Shown: piece after piece, positions 25,779 through 39,454 of the stretch
How positions within the stretch are numbered: the first letter of the stretch is position 1
Layout of the letters: the number at the start of each line of letters is the position of its first letter
Assembly: GCF_018350175.1 (NCBI RefSeq)
Contig: NC_058368.1
Coordinates: 127,226,001 to 127,290,000, forward strand
Source of the DNA: Felis catus
Taxonomy: Eukaryota
Length of the DNA: 64,000 nucleotides
Direction: 5' to 3'
The notes under the pieces: generated by a model
Database searches by the model: none
The model's input: only the letters and a program-made list of their open reading frames with translations
What the model was told of the DNA's origin: nothing
Program-made: the position numbers and the translations under genes

Positions 25779-26720
25779 CCACAATAAATATCAGGCCAAT
25801 TTTGGTTGATATCTGGAAATTGTGCCTCTTAAACAAATTCTCATTTAATATTAATTGCTGAGAATGTAATAATAGTATTGGGTCATTTGTGTCTTATTGA
25901 GATTTACTTTTTGTAAACAGGTGTTGGTTATAAAAGTTTCAGGATTCAATATGACAATTAGATTTGAAATTAATGGGCAGTTTAAAAATGAATGCCGATT
26001 TACAAAGCATTTGCAATTTATGTGTCTTACAATTTAGTGAGCATCTGAGAGATCTCAGCAATAAAGTATTTAGGAACCAAGTCTGATTTGTTTTGGAGGT
26101 TTCTGTAAATTATTTATCTTCTATTCAAACTGCATTTAGAGTTCTGCATGGTATTTGACAGAGTGAAAGTAGGCTCTGAATTGAAAAGAAATAGACAAGC
26201 AAAAAACAAATTGACTTAGGACTTTGAAAAAAATTAAGCTTTGTTCAATGCAGGTGAACTCCAAAATGTAGATGTTCCCAAAGGGTCTTTGCTTGGTCCT
26301 CTTCAGTTTTCATCTCCAATCCTGACTTCTTAATCTTGGTTTGGTATTTGTTGCCTCATATTCATATTTTGGCCTGACAAATTCTCAGAATCAGTTTATC
26401 TATCAATAAATCATTATCTTTCCTATCAAACCTGCTGCTTCCTCTTCACAGTCCCTATTTCTGTTCACTCTTCAACTCTTCTCCCAGAAATCCAGGACCA
26501 TTATGGTGTCCAGGTATCATCATGGTAACCGCATCCTCTTTTCCTTTCTTACACAAGTTTTCAAGTCTTGCCAGTCCTTTCTCCATATATATGTCTCTTT
26601 CCTATCCATATTATTACTACATGCATCACTCTATTTTAGGACTTAAATATTTGTTCTCTCTGAAAAAATATTTTTCTTATAAATTTTTATATAGTCACTG
26701 TAGAAAATTTAGAAGATATA

Positions 26721-26941
26721 GGGGCACTTGGGTGGCTCCCTCAGTTAAGTGTGTGGCTCTTGATTTCCACTCAGGTCATGATCTCACGGTTTTGTGAGTT
26801 CAAGCCCTGCATCAGGCTTCGCACTGAGAGTGCAGAGGCTCTTGGGACTTTCTCTCCCTCTCTCTATGCCCCTCACCTGCTCTCTCTCTCAAAAAATAAA
26901 TAAATAAATAAATAAATAAATAAATGAAGTAAAAAAATTAA
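26721..26941 (+). mobile_element. Can-SINE
   Basis: (AAAT)n tail; TSD agaaaat(t/a)tagaagatata at 26702 and 26942. Confidence 0.95.
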
Positions 26942-28430
26942 AGAAAATATAGAAGATATAAAAAGAATAACCACAATTAATAATGTGATCTATCATCTTG
27001 TGCTAATTAGCACGTTCTTACCTCTGGAGTAGATTATTCCTTTAACTCTCTACCAGTCTCTTTAGTCTTCTGCTGCTCCAGGTTATGTTTTCATTCATGC
27101 CATTTTATTCTTTCTTGAGCAAAACTAAGACCATAGGTAGGAATCCCCTGTTCAAAGATCTTCAGTTGCTCACCTTGGTTCAGAAAATATGCCTTAGCTT
27201 GGTTTTTGAGACCCTAAAAATGCAGCCTCACTATCTCTTTCCAATTTCATTTGTCATGATTGTTTCTTAAGTTATTAGGTGTTGGCCACACTCATTTATG
27301 TTCCCTAATAAATGTTCCCTTATTTTCCTATATCTGTATCTTTGCCAGATTCTCAGCTTCACATAACTAAACACAACCTGCAACACTCAGTGTCATTTTG
27401 CCCATGAAGCCTTCTATGACCTGCCCAGTTAGAAGTAAACTCTCCCTTCTCAGCATTGTTATAGCATTTTACTTCTGCTTTCTTTATGGTGCTTAATAGA
27501 ACGAAGAGAACAAACTTTAGACAGATGACTGGGACTTGGGTACCAATTCTAGAATTTAAATAACCCCATGGCCATGAGTAAAACTGTTAAGCTATTAAGG
27601 CTTCAGTCTTCTCATCAGTTGATATGATATCAAAGAAGATGATACATTAAAATCTACTTGTAAACTACAGATTGCTGTATAATATGGGTTCTTTCTCTGA
27701 GTGCCCCGTTCAAGTACTGCCTTTCAGGAGAATGCTTCATTCTCTTTCAACACCTCATTTGTAAGACCTTCTCTGAGCAGTCCAGTTGGTGGTGGTGTTT
27801 GGCCTATGTGCTCCCAGAGGGCAATTAACATCCTTATGTGGTGTAATTTTCCCTTATAGTTTTGCTTGAGCAACTAGACTGTGATCTTTTTGAAGGCTGG
27901 GATTTGTCTTACCCAGGTTTGAAGTCCTACCATAGAGCCCTGAACTCCGTGTCTGTTCAGTAAATGTCTATTGAATGAATGAATACATAAGTGAATGAAC
28001 ACATGCATGGATGCCATGTCAATCTTACGGAAGAGTTATTTATGGTCAGTATTTGTCATCTCTCTTTGGACTGTGAACTCCATGAAGGCAGGCTCTTGGT
28101 GTGACCCATCTTTGTTCCCTATAGTTCCATGTACATGATATGAAATAAATATTTGTAGGAAGCTGAATAGAAAAGTGTAGCTAAGCAGGATCATGAACTG
28201 GGATGCTCCAGTATATAAATAAAGCTTTCCTGTATGACAAGATTTTTTTCCTGGTGTGCATGTAATCTTCATATCCTTTTAATTCTGCAAATGAAGGTAA
28301 TTATACTTGCCATCAATATTGAAGTTCCTTCTCAAATTGAATATAAGGATGTTTATAAACAAAGATACATTTTTTGATGGTAGAGTAATACAAACTACAG
28401 TGGGGAAATATACTACTTAGTTTAAGATCT

Positions 28431-28647
28431 AAATTTTTTTAACATTTTTATTTATTTTTGGGAGACAGTGAGAGAGCAAGCGTGAGTGGGGAAGGGGCAG
28501 AGAGAGAGGGAGACACAGAATCCAAAGCAGGCTCCAGGCTCCAAGCTGTCAGCACAGATCCCAATGCAGGACTCGAACCCACAAACTGCAAGATCATGAC
28601 CTGAGCAGGAGTCCGACCCTCAACTGACTGAGCCACCCAGGTGCCCT
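28431..28647 (-). mobile_element. Can-SINE
   Basis: Full body; TSD core acttagttt. Confidence 0.95.
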
Positions 28648-30131
28648 AACTTAGTTTCAGCTCTAACTTCAATCTTTGTGGCAAAAATCTAGTATAGTAA
28701 ATATCACCATGGAGAATCCCTTAAATAACCCAAATGTAAGGCAAGATGTTCACACAGTGGCAGGCCTATGGGAACCAAGATAGGGAGACAGCAGAAGATT
28801 TACATATCCCACCTCACACTAGTGGATACAGATCCATTCAATGTGGTGGTGGGTGAAACAAGTGGAATTGCACTATTTACATTGCTAGCTCTCTCTCATC
28901 TATTTCTTCAGTTTTGCTTAGTTTGTATATTTGAATTTGTATTATTAAGTGCTCAGAGAGTGCAACTATTGGATTGTTCTTTAATAGCAAGTCCTTAGTC
29001 ACAATAGCCTGGAAAGATGAATGGGTCTGTCTAAATCTTACTAGCCCTGAGTAACTTAATGCCGATCATCCCTATACTAACTTAAATCCTGATCTGACAT
29101 GGAAAGGAATGTAGTCAAAATAGCAATTTAGTTTTTAAAACTGCCAGTAATGCGAAGGTTAACTTTCATTTTCTTACTCTGTTTTTAGGAGACTTTGAAG
29201 ATATACTGGAGACAGAGACAATGGTAACCCCAGGGCTGGAATGTTTTGCTTCCATGGGAGTCATCACACTGAATTTCTGACTTCTATCAACCTTAGGATT
29301 CAAATAATTTTTCCCTCAGAGGGAAGAAAACTTTACTAAAAACCACCACCAAAAAACCAACAAATATATTTATATTATTTATATTTATATTTATCAGAGA
29401 GAAGCACAATCTCTTCATCTCTTGCATGTCAAAATGACTAAGGACTCCCGTGGTAGCAGAGTATGATTCCAACCACAAGCAAGAGAAAGGGAATACAGGA
29501 TTGTGTTACTCTTGGTGTCACAGTCACTGAATTCCTAAAAGAGAGAAGGAAAGGAGGAGAGAAAGAGGGAGAAGAGGGAAGGGAAGGAACAACAACAACA
29601 ACAAAAAGGAACTCAAAGAGAACAGAAAACTGCTGGCATTCTTGATGTTCTTGTTATATACAAGAATAATTACCATGGTAACATCAGTATCATATAGCTC
29701 ACCTTACATGGGATACCAGTATGTATTGTTCAGAAGTAAGAGTACAAACAAAAGTACATATTTTGAGTCAAAGTGGCAGGGACCAGAAGGAAATTATAAA
29801 TTTAGGAAAATTGTATGCCCATCATAAGGGCAAGCTGAATAATTTGTGACTGCTCACCGGACTTTGAAACTTCTGTAACTGTCTATATACATATATATTG
29901 TTTTCTAACTTTTGCCTGGATTAAAAATCAATGACTCAATGCCACAAACTTACAGTAAACTCTCATGTATCATGACAAATTGAAAGCTACATATTTGGGA
30001 GACGGTTTACTGTGAATTCTTATACAATCATAAGCTCAGATTTCAAGAAATCTTAGGCGAATTTTAAACGTTTTCATCTTGTGAATTAGACAAAGTCATT
30101 GTTCTCTAACTCAGCCAGTCCTCAGAAAAAC

Positions 30132-30167
30132 AAAAGAAAAGAAAAGAAAAGAAAAGAAAAGAAAAAA
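30132..30167. repeat. (AAAAG)n
   Basis: Read directly from the sequence. Confidence 0.9.
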
Positions 30168-30383
30168 CACCAGAGAGGTAGAATGTGTATGTTTATACTT
30201 GGGGTCAATTAAAAACCTTTGGAACTGAATATCTACCACCCAAAGGGTTTTGTTATACTAGTACTGTAGAAAAGTGAATAACACTGTAGCAACAAAAAGA
30301 ATCTGACAAACACACATACAGCCCTTCTGGTTGGATTCTATGGAACCAATGATGTAAATATCACTTAAGAAGCTCTATTAGTA

Positions 30384-30575
30384 GGGGCGCCTGGGTGGCT
30401 CAGTGGTTTAAGCATCTGACTCCTGATCTCAGCTCAAGTCATGATCTTGCAGTTATGAGATGGAGCCCACATCTTGGGGTTCTCTTAGGATTCTCTGTCT
30501 TCCCCTCTTTCTGCTCCTCCTGCACTTGTGCTCATTGTCTCTGTCTCTCAAAATAAGTGAATAATTTTTTTTAAA
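30384..30575 (+). mobile_element. Can-SINE
   Basis: ggggcgcctgggtggctcagtggttt; TSD aagaagct(c/g)ta(t/a)tagta. Confidence 0.95.
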
Positions 30576-33009
30576 AAGAAGCTGTAATAGTAGATATCAT
30601 TAATAAGCAGGAGTAGTTAAGACAGAGTGGAAGTGACTGCGAGAAGAATTCACTTAGAGATACATGGAACTCAATGATGATAGAGGGAGCTAAGATAAAG
30701 GAAGGTGAGTAAGATGACTCCTGTGTTCCAGTTTGGATAAGCATGTAGTAGTCAAATAAGGTTTCTAACCAAGCAATAGAAGAAAAGGAATAGATTTTAA
30801 GACTAAGACAATGAGTTCAATTTTGGCCATGAAAACACCCTGATAAAAAATTCAGGCAGTGAGTATCATAAAGGTTTAAATGAGAAAAGTGGCCAGGGCT
30901 TGAGATGCACATTTGGAAGGTGCTGAAATGGATGAAATATGTTTTTCTAAAAGGTGAGCATGTACTTAACTATCTCTGATTACTTTCTTATTCCTAGTTG
31001 GAAAAACAAATTTCACAAAAACTCCTTGAATGCCTATTATATGTCAGGCCCTGTACAAAGCATTTGACACATGATAATTTAGAACACAGGCTTAGACCTT
31101 GTTCCCATGGTCCCATAACTGAATGTGGAAGGAGGCTCTTAGACCAACAAAATACATAAATATGTGATTACAATTGTGAGAGCAGCTAAAAAGAAGATAA
31201 TGGTGCAAAGAAAGTATATAAATAGATGCCTAACATAGTTTGCATGTTAGGAACTGTTTGCCCAGGGATGTTAGGGACTGAAGAGTGAGGAAAACCATGT
31301 CCTACTAAGAACCACATGAATGGAGCCCCAATCACCTTTCAAACTTCAGAACACATTCCACCTGTCTGGGAAGCTGAGTATCTTTCCCTTGGACAACTAC
31401 AACTTCCTTCTCATCAAACTTCTCTCCAGGATACCTCTCTTCACCTCTACTGGTAGAACTATCTTCTTCACTGGAGTAGCCTTCCTCTGAGGCTCATAGA
31501 AAACATGGCATTATGGATCTAGTCCAAGGCCATCACTCTTGTTTCAAAGGCTTCCGGAAGACTGACCGACCACTGCTCTTTTTCGCTTTCACTTCTTTCA
31601 GATATTCTATACTAATACATTAAACTACTTGATAGCAAGGTGGCTATCCTAAACCTGGAGTGCTTTGTCAGAATTCACTGCTTCATTTACCACAGTTTAC
31701 AAAGTAAAATTAAAAGTGATAATAGAAGCTTTCCTTTCACAGCACCAGTTTCCCTGTATAAATAATTGTGTTCAGTGCAAGAGAAAGTTATGGAAAAATA
31801 AAAAAAAATAACCACAGCAAAACAACAATGAAAAAACAATTAAAGTGTAAGTAATTTAATGTCTCTAACTAGATGTAGAAACATGACAAACACATGAAGG
31901 TCACTGTGATTACATATAGTCGCCTGCACTTTACTGGCAGTAAACATCATAAGTATTGTAAATAGTCCTATTCTACTCTTTTTGGCACAGGTAAAGTTAG
32001 GTGATGGGTGAGTGGAGAGGGACAAAGGTTAACATTCATGACTGTTTTTATTTATCCCTTGCAGTGGGCAATGGATTGGAAAATTGACCTTTTTAAACTT
32101 CAGTTGGAAGGTATTATCTATCTATTGCTTATTTCAATGTTTTGGAATCCTAAATTATAAATAAGACACTAATAATTTGTTTTTAAATTGCACTTCCAAT
32201 GAATAAATTAAATTACATAATCATTTACTGTTTCTCTCCAAGGTGAAATCAAGAATTATTCAGTTGACTCACTTTTTAAAAAGAGCCATTGCCCTGCCTC
32301 CCTTCTCCACTTCATTTTTGCCACTCTCCTCCTCCCTGTGTCATTATAGGTCAGACACCTGATCTTTGTAGTTTCTTTAATGTTTCCATCAGGGCTCGGT
32401 TCACACAGTTTTCCATAGAACATGTGCTCATCTTCAGGCCTCATCATCCCCATGGGAACATTTTCTAAATGTTCAGACTATGTTAGCTATCTATTCATGT
32501 ACTCTTATTGGGCCCTTGCCTCCTTTTGAGCAGTTCTCACAATTGTAATCACATATTTATGTATTTTGTAATTGCATTGAAACCGTCCCTTTCAAGATTT
32601 TACACCACTTGCTTCTACTAGGATAGGGATTAAGTCTTTTCCATTTCAATTTATGTCACATGCCACTGCCAAACTCTTCTTCCTAAAACAGCTATTTCCA
32701 TCATGCCACTCTTAAAGAGGAGGAAAGATAGAAAATATACAAATAATTGAGGTTCATTATGAGAATGCTGTGGCGGATATGTAAGAAAACGAAGAGCTGC
32801 TAGCTGAAGAAGAAATTTCCATTTGGAAACAAGGAATTAGAAGAGGCTTAATGAAAAAGATCTCAGGATCAGTTGGGGTTAACAAAATCGGGGGAGCAGG
32901 GAATTGTAGGTAAACATATAGGTATTGTAGGTAGTTCTTTACACCTAAAATGAGGAGTATAGTGGATGATAAGTGAAATTTACAAGAATAGAGAGATAAG
33001 AAGGGTGTA

Positions 33010-33222
33010 AGGGCACCTGGGTAGCCCAATCAGTTGAGCGTCCAACTCTTGGTTTGGGCTCAGGTCGTGATTCCAGGATCGTGGAATCCAGCCTTGCGTG
33101 GGGCTATGCACTGAGCATGGGACCTGCTTAATATTCTTTCTTTCTCTCTCTCTCACTCTGTCCCTCTGGCTGCTCCCCTACTTGTAATCTCTCTCTAAAA
33201 TAATAACTCAAAAATATTTAAA
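33010..33222 (+). mobile_element. Can-SINE (older)
   Basis: gggcacctgggtagcccaatcagttgagcg...(CT)n...A tail. Confidence 0.9.
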
Positions 33223-34429
33223 AAGAAAGGAGTAGATGATCACCATTTGGAATTTAGACTTTTTTGTCAGCAATGAAAAGCTACTGCTATAGGCATGGAA
33301 GTGTCAAGGAAATTTGAGAAACTTAATCTGTGGATGACTAATCAGAACAAGGATGACAGTAGAATAAAGATGCCAGTTATGAGGCTAGCAGTGTTTCCGA
33401 CAAAAGAGCACTAGTGCTTGACTTAGGAGGGCATCCTGGGGATGGCAACAACGGGATGGAGGAAAAATGCACTTGACACCAGCTAGTGATGGAGTGGTTA
33501 GGCTGAAGGGAAGGAGCACTGAGGAGGACTTCTTGATCTGGCCATGGATCACTGAGGAAATGGGAGATGACGAGGGTCCCTGGGTCATTTACTTTCAAAT
33601 ACACTGAGTTTTAAGTTCTCTGGAGGACCTCTGGATCATAGGCAGTTGGTTGTAGTGTGGAAGTGAGGAGAGAATGAGCAATCTGGAAATACATTATAGT
33701 TTGAACTATGACTGCCAACAATTTTTACCCAAATGTAAGGGGGTTCAGAAGAAATCTCCAGGATAATTAGAAATTTTATTTGGTTAAAAAAATAAGGGCC
33801 TTTCAACAAAGAAAGCACTCCCTTTCCCTCAGGGTTTTCTGTTCATGAAATGTGATGCTCTTCACTATTAGGATGAGCTGAATCTGAGGATAACATCCGT
33901 ATGGCCTACACGTTCACAGTCAATGGGCCCATGCACATAGGTGTGGGGATGGGTGGTGAGGGTCCAACAGAGCTTCATTATACCAGGTCAGTAGGATGAT
34001 CACTTAATATTGTTATATTCTGTGTAATTTCACCTAGTATTTTTCACTTCACTTTGAAAAGCAGATCAATGTTTAGCACCTGGCCTGGAGCTATAAGAAT
34101 GTATTAGGTCATTTATTCTGCTCTCTGTAATGAAATCTTAGTAGTACCTCTACTGAAAGAATAATAGGCCCTGACAATGCAATAAAGCCACTAATTCAGA
34201 CAAATCAGAGGATCAGACAGGTTGAATCACAGAATATTTTAGACCATTTCAAAAGTGTGACAGGTGTCTATTTTTAACTAGGCTAAGAAAGCATTTATCT
34301 ATTGGTTACCGTGAGAAAGATAAGAGAAAGTGCTTTTACGAATACATTAAAAAATATCAATAGTCTGGATATTAAAAATAAGGCTTTTGAGGAGCTTTGA
34401 AGTACTCCCCAATCAAATTTGTTTACATA

Positions 34430-34636
34430 AGTGTTTCTCAATCTCAGTACTATTGAGATTTGGAGTCAAAAAACTCTTTGTTGTAGAGGTTTTCCTTATG
34501 TGTTGTATGGTGTTTACATCCCCATCTTCTACCTATCTTGACACCATTAGCCACACACCAACTTATGGAAGTCAAAAGTGTCCCTACACATTGTCAAAAG
34601 TCTCTGGGAGTAAAAGTGCCCTAGCTGAGAAACACT
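34430..34636. mobile_element. MER20 hAT-Charlie
   Basis: Inverted termini agtgtttctca ... tgagaaacact; ctcagtactattgagatttgg. Confidence 0.85.
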
Positions 34637-34809
34637 GGTTACACTGATAATTAATTTAATACCCATTTAAAAAGACAATAGAAAAGCAAATGTTGGCCTA
34701 GGCTCTGTTTAAATGATTATAGATTCCACATGAAACAAGTTTTATTTGATGAAGATTTGTTGTTCAAAATGTGTAACTGTTTTCTTTGCTTTGTACCTAA
34801 GTAGGAAGC

Positions 34810-35061
34810 TTTTTTTATATTTAATATAATTTATTGTCAAATTGGTGCCCTTACAATACCCAGTGCTCATCCCAACAGGTGCCCTCCTCAATGCCCATCA
34901 CCCACTTTCCCCTTTCCCCCACCCCCATTAACCTTCAGTTTGTTCTCAGTCTTTAAGCGTCTCTTATGGTTTGCCTCCTTCCCTCTCTGTAACCTTTTTT
35001 TCCCCTCTTTCCCCTTCCCCATGGACTTCTGTTAAGTTTCTCAGGATCCACATGAGTGAAA
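34810..35061 (-). mobile_element. 5'-truncated carnivore/felid L1 3' end
   Basis: aatttattgtcaaattgg...cccagtgctcatcccaacaggtgccctcctcaatgcccatcaccc; flanking gaagc(t/c)tttttt TSD. Confidence 0.9.
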
Positions 35062-35227
35062 GAGAAGCCTTTTTTAATACTCTGTAATGTCTCACTCCTG
35101 GCAGGGTCAGACTCACTGATGAAATACATTTTTATGAACACAAGGACACTGATTATGCAGGAATCATACTGCAATTCCTTTCCTCTTCTATAGGCAATAC
35201 TATTGAATCATTGCTAGGCACACAATG

Positions 35228-35623
35228 TGCTATCTGCTGAATTGTGTCTCCTCAAAATTCATATGTTGCACCCCTAATCCCCAGTACTCAGAATGCGACT
35301 GTATCTGAGACAGGGTCTTTAAAGACATCAACAAGGAGGCCATCAGGGTGAACTTTAATCCAGTCTGACTGGAGTTCTCATCAGAAGAGTAAATTTGGAC
35401 ACAGACAGACACCAGGGATGCGCACACAGAGGAACCAACATGTGAAGACACAGGGAGAAAGCGGCCATCTGCAAGCCAAGGAGAGAGGTCTCAAGAGAAA
35501 CCAAGCATGTTGACACATTGATCTTGAACTGCCAGCCTCCAGAGCTGTGAGAAAATAAGTTTCTGTTGCTTAAGCCACTCAGCCTGTAGTATTCTGTTAT
35601 GGCAGCCCTAGCAAAATAATACA
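35228..35623 (+). mobile_element. MLT1B-like MaLR solo LTR
   Basis: gaattgtgtctcctcaaaattcatatgttg...gccatctgcaagccaaggagagagg...ggcagccctagcaaaataataca. Confidence 0.9.
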
Positions 35624-36711
35624 CCATTCAAGTAAACGGATTGTTTGATGATTGGGCAGACATCTAAGTGTGCAACTTTGTAACCTCTCCCTGAGGAGAA
35701 AATGGACTGATTAACATACACTGAAACTCATTATTTTCCTTCCAGTCTTCTGGATCTTTGTATCCTGCTTTTTTCTAATCTCAGAGACAATACATAGAAC
35801 AAGCCTACCTACAGGATTTAGAAAAAGAGAAGCCAGAGAGTGTATGAGAGAAGTAGATGGAGACAAGAAGGAGCAGAGGACACAGGGTAGAGGCACTGAA
35901 TATCTGGGCAGAGGGCTGGGGGAGGCCCAGCACTGAACTTGGCTGTAAAAGCCAGAGCGCTAGAGCACAGACACTTTCCACAAAAGTGGGACACTTTCCA
36001 CGTTGGGGTGCCAGTGAGCTCTGCCTCATCACTCCTCTTAGTTTGTTTACTATTCTGATAGACGTTTCAGTGGGTTTTACATGATAGCAGGACAAACAGA
36101 ACCAGGGCTCACATTTCACAATTTTTGGTAACTCACTTTATTAATTTATGCACTTATATCTCATTTCTTATGGTTGCAAGGTTGCTCCCTCTCTAGGAAC
36201 TCCCCTCTGCCCACTTGCACCTTGACTTTTTCTCCTCCTTTCTACTACATGGAGCTTTATATATATATTTATGAATACAGAAATGACTTCCAAATTCTGC
36301 TTTGGTGAACTGGTAATAACAAAAGCTGTGATCCCCAACCACTTAAGCCAGTGGTCTAAAGTCAGTCTGTACGCAGCTTCTGTAGGTAAATAAGGAAGGA
36401 GAACACAAAGGATCCAGAAGAAAGCAAAGGCAAAGTCTTGCCAAAGACTCTGTACAGTGGCACCCAGGAAGTGCTATATATGCCTGTGCCAAGGTGAATA
36501 ACACACTTTCTCATCATTTATTTATTAAACAAGTATTTATCATCTGATCTACTCTGGGCTCTTTCCTGGGCACTAAACAAGACATGATAACCATGAACAA
36601 GACATAATCTACATGATCAAAAGCCCGGCGGCCCAGGGTGAGGAGGGAGTGAAAGAGCCAGATTAAATCTGGTTACTCATCCCAATGTATTAAAATTAAG
36701 ACATCACAATT

Positions 36712-36917
36712 AAAAAAAAAATAATGTTCACTTTTGAGAGAGAGACAGAGCACAAGCGGGGGAGGGGAAGAGAGAGAGGGACACACAGACTCCTAAGCAG
36801 GCTCCAGGCTATGAGCTGTCAGCACAGAGCCCAACAAGGGGCTAGAACTCACAAACTATGAGGTCACGACCTAAGCTGAACTCAGATGCTTAACTGACTG
36901 AGATACCCAGGTGCCCC
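36712..36917 (-). mobile_element. Can-SINE (tandem pair, copy 1)
   Basis: TSD aagacatca(c/a)aatt at 36698 and 36918. Confidence 0.95.
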
Positions 36918-36940
36918 AAGACATCAAAATTTTATAAAAT

Positions 36941-37153
36941 AAAAAAAAATGTTTATTTATTTTTGAGAGAGAGAGAGACAGAGTGTGAGTGGGGGAGGGG
37001 CAGAGAGAGAGAGAAAGACACAGAATATGAAGCAGCCTCCAGGCTCTTGAGCTGTCAGCATAGAGCTGGACAGGGGGCTTGAATTCATGGACCATGAGAT
37101 CATGACCTGAGCCGAAGTCAGACGCCTAACTGACTGAGCCACCCAGTTGCCCC
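36941..37153 (-). mobile_element. Can-SINE (tandem pair, copy 2)
   Basis: TSD aaaattttataaaat at 36926 and 37154. Confidence 0.95.
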
Positions 37154-37680
37154 AAAATTTTATAAAATTTAAAGGAAATTATATTTCTTTCAGGAGTAAA
37201 AACAGTTCTAGAGTTTGTAGAATCAAAAGCAATTAAAAGAGAAAAAACTGAACTCAAGAATATGGAAAATCCTTAGTATCACAGATGGTAGGATTGCCAT
37301 TCTCTTCAACATTGAGCTTAATTAATATTTAGTTGTGTTAACTGTGCTGTTAATGTCTTCACTGGAGCTTGAAATAAGAATTAAGAACTATTAAATGACC
37401 ATGTGGTCACACTTCTAATAAAGCTAATTTTTAATTTGGAAATTATTTCCATGTGTTCCAAGAAAACACAGTGTTCTTTCATTAAGGCATTATAAAAAAA
37501 TGCATTTGGGTTTTAAGTGAGCTATATTTTGCATAAATGGTTAGACTTCCTTCTTTTTTCTCCCAATTTAGTAAAAAGTCAAATTTCTTTTTATTACCTA
37601 AAATTTATGCTTCATTGAATAGGTTACAATATCAACATAGGCCCTCTTCTTTACATTTTTTTCTTTTTCTCTCTTTCCTT

Positions 37681-37759
37681 CTTTCCTTCCTTCCTTCCTT
37701 CCTTCCTTCCTTCCTTCCTTCCTTCCTTCCTTCCTTCCTCCCTTCCTTCCTTCCTTCCT
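37681..37759. repeat. (TTCC)n microsatellite
   Basis: Read directly from the sequence. Confidence 0.97.
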
Positions 37760-38349
37760 TTCCTCCTTTGTTCTGTACTCTAATTAAGAAAGCAATGTCC
37801 TTTCTGCCAAAGAGCACAACTGTGACTACATGGAAATAAAGTCAAAGATGCTGTTTTAGAAAAATCTTAGATGAATCCCCACAAGCATTTCTGAAAATGT
37901 AACCATTTAATTTGGGGTATATTTTAGGGAATCTAGGATGATAACACCATTCCAGGTGTAATGTTTTCTTAGCAGACTACAAAAAACTTCAAATAAAGGT
38001 TTTAAAATTTAGAACTTAAAAAAAAGTGCTATACAATAAAAATACATTCTCTCTTATTTGGATCTTCATTCATTCATTCATCCAGCCCCTGCAACCAATG
38101 TTTTCAATACATGTTTGTTGTTATACTTCCATGGGATAAAAGCTCTATATATAATGATTTAATGATTACATAACTTTTCACAAAAAGCCATCTATTTTAT
38201 TTACTCTCTATATATAAGCAATGCACTATGCTAAAAGAAAAGTTGGGCCTGTCATTTTCAAGGAGTCTATGCTACAAAATGCTGGTTATTGCCAAACGCC
38301 TGGCAGGAATATTCGCTTGTCAAAATATAATGTAATGTTCAACGTAAAC

Positions 38350-38413
38350 ATCAGTTATTTACCTATACACCGAGCATGCATCTGACAAGGAGAAAATAAT
38401 CCATTATTTTGTA
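38350..38413 (+). repeat. 64-bp dispersed direct repeat, copy 1
   Basis: Matches 40529-40592 at 63/64 positions. Confidence 0.95.
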
Positions 38414-38996
38414 GGTCTGAATTTGCCTGGGTATGATATAATATGCTAGTAGTCCACGTTATATGCACATACACATTGGTTTACATAAACACAGAATTCT
38501 CCTGACTTATATAGAAAGTTGATTACTTCTAAGCAGAAAAAAAATACAGTAACATGAATAGGGACGTAGCAGCTACATGTGAACTTGGCAACTTACAGGG
38601 TTTGTTATATCACAGAACTAATTACAGAAGGGAGTAAGGAGATAGCAGCTGTGCCATGTGCCAGGTCTTGTGTCTCAAGACATGTTTTCCTGAAGTATCT
38701 TAAAATAGTTGGTAGTTAGTTGCCCCTAGCCTGTTACAAATTCAGATGGTGCTAGAACTGAACAGAAAAACCTTGATACTCTGGGAAAGAGAATACAATA
38801 TTTCCCCTCAAAAACATTTAAAAAGGTCATTCCCATAAAATCATAAAACCTTTTTTTTTTTTTTTTTTTTTCTTCAGTTGTAAACTAATCCAAGGCATTT
38901 CTGAAGGTTTGGAAAACTACTTTTTTTTTTTAATCAATCAAACATTTGAATGTTACTTCATGTTTATAACCAGGTCAAACCTGACAAAATATATAC

Positions 38997-39001
38997 TGTG
39001 T

Positions 39002-39037
<36 letters not shown>
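38997..39037. repeat. (TG)n microsatellite
   Basis: Read directly from the sequence. Confidence 0.95.
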
Positions 39038-39040
<3 letters not shown>

Positions 39041-39410
39041 TACAACAAGAAAAGTAGAAGAGTAAGATGATAATGATAATCTTCAAGCAAAATATGTTAC
39101 TTTTAGAATTTTGGAATTTTCTTCTTAGACTTCATCAACCTCGGGAGAACTGTCATTTTCAGAGAGAATGGAACATTCTTATAAAATGCTTCTGATGTTC
39201 ACTGTGAAATGCTGAATAAAATGACTGTTTAAAACCAAACTGAGGGATGATTTGGGGAGCCATGAGTCAAACATATCATCCCTGTTCTGACACTGCATAA
39301 AAATGCTGGAAGACAGAATGAGTTTACTTAGTGTACATCCGCTTTCCTTCTAATGAAATTACTGGGATCAAGTTTGAGATTCCTTATTACACAGCCTGAG
39401 TTTGCCTGTG

Positions 39411-39412
<2 letters not shown>

Positions 39413-39450
<38 letters not shown>
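39413..39450. repeat. (GT)n microsatellite
   Basis: Read directly; followed by a further alternating tract to about 39483. Confidence 0.95.

Positions 39451-39454
<4 letters not shown>

Noticed and set aside
35230..35627. ORFs of 73 and 90 aa
   Set aside because: Lie within an MLT1 LTR.
37537..37839. PSFL / GRKE repeat ORFs
   Set aside because: Translations of the (TTCC)n microsatellite.
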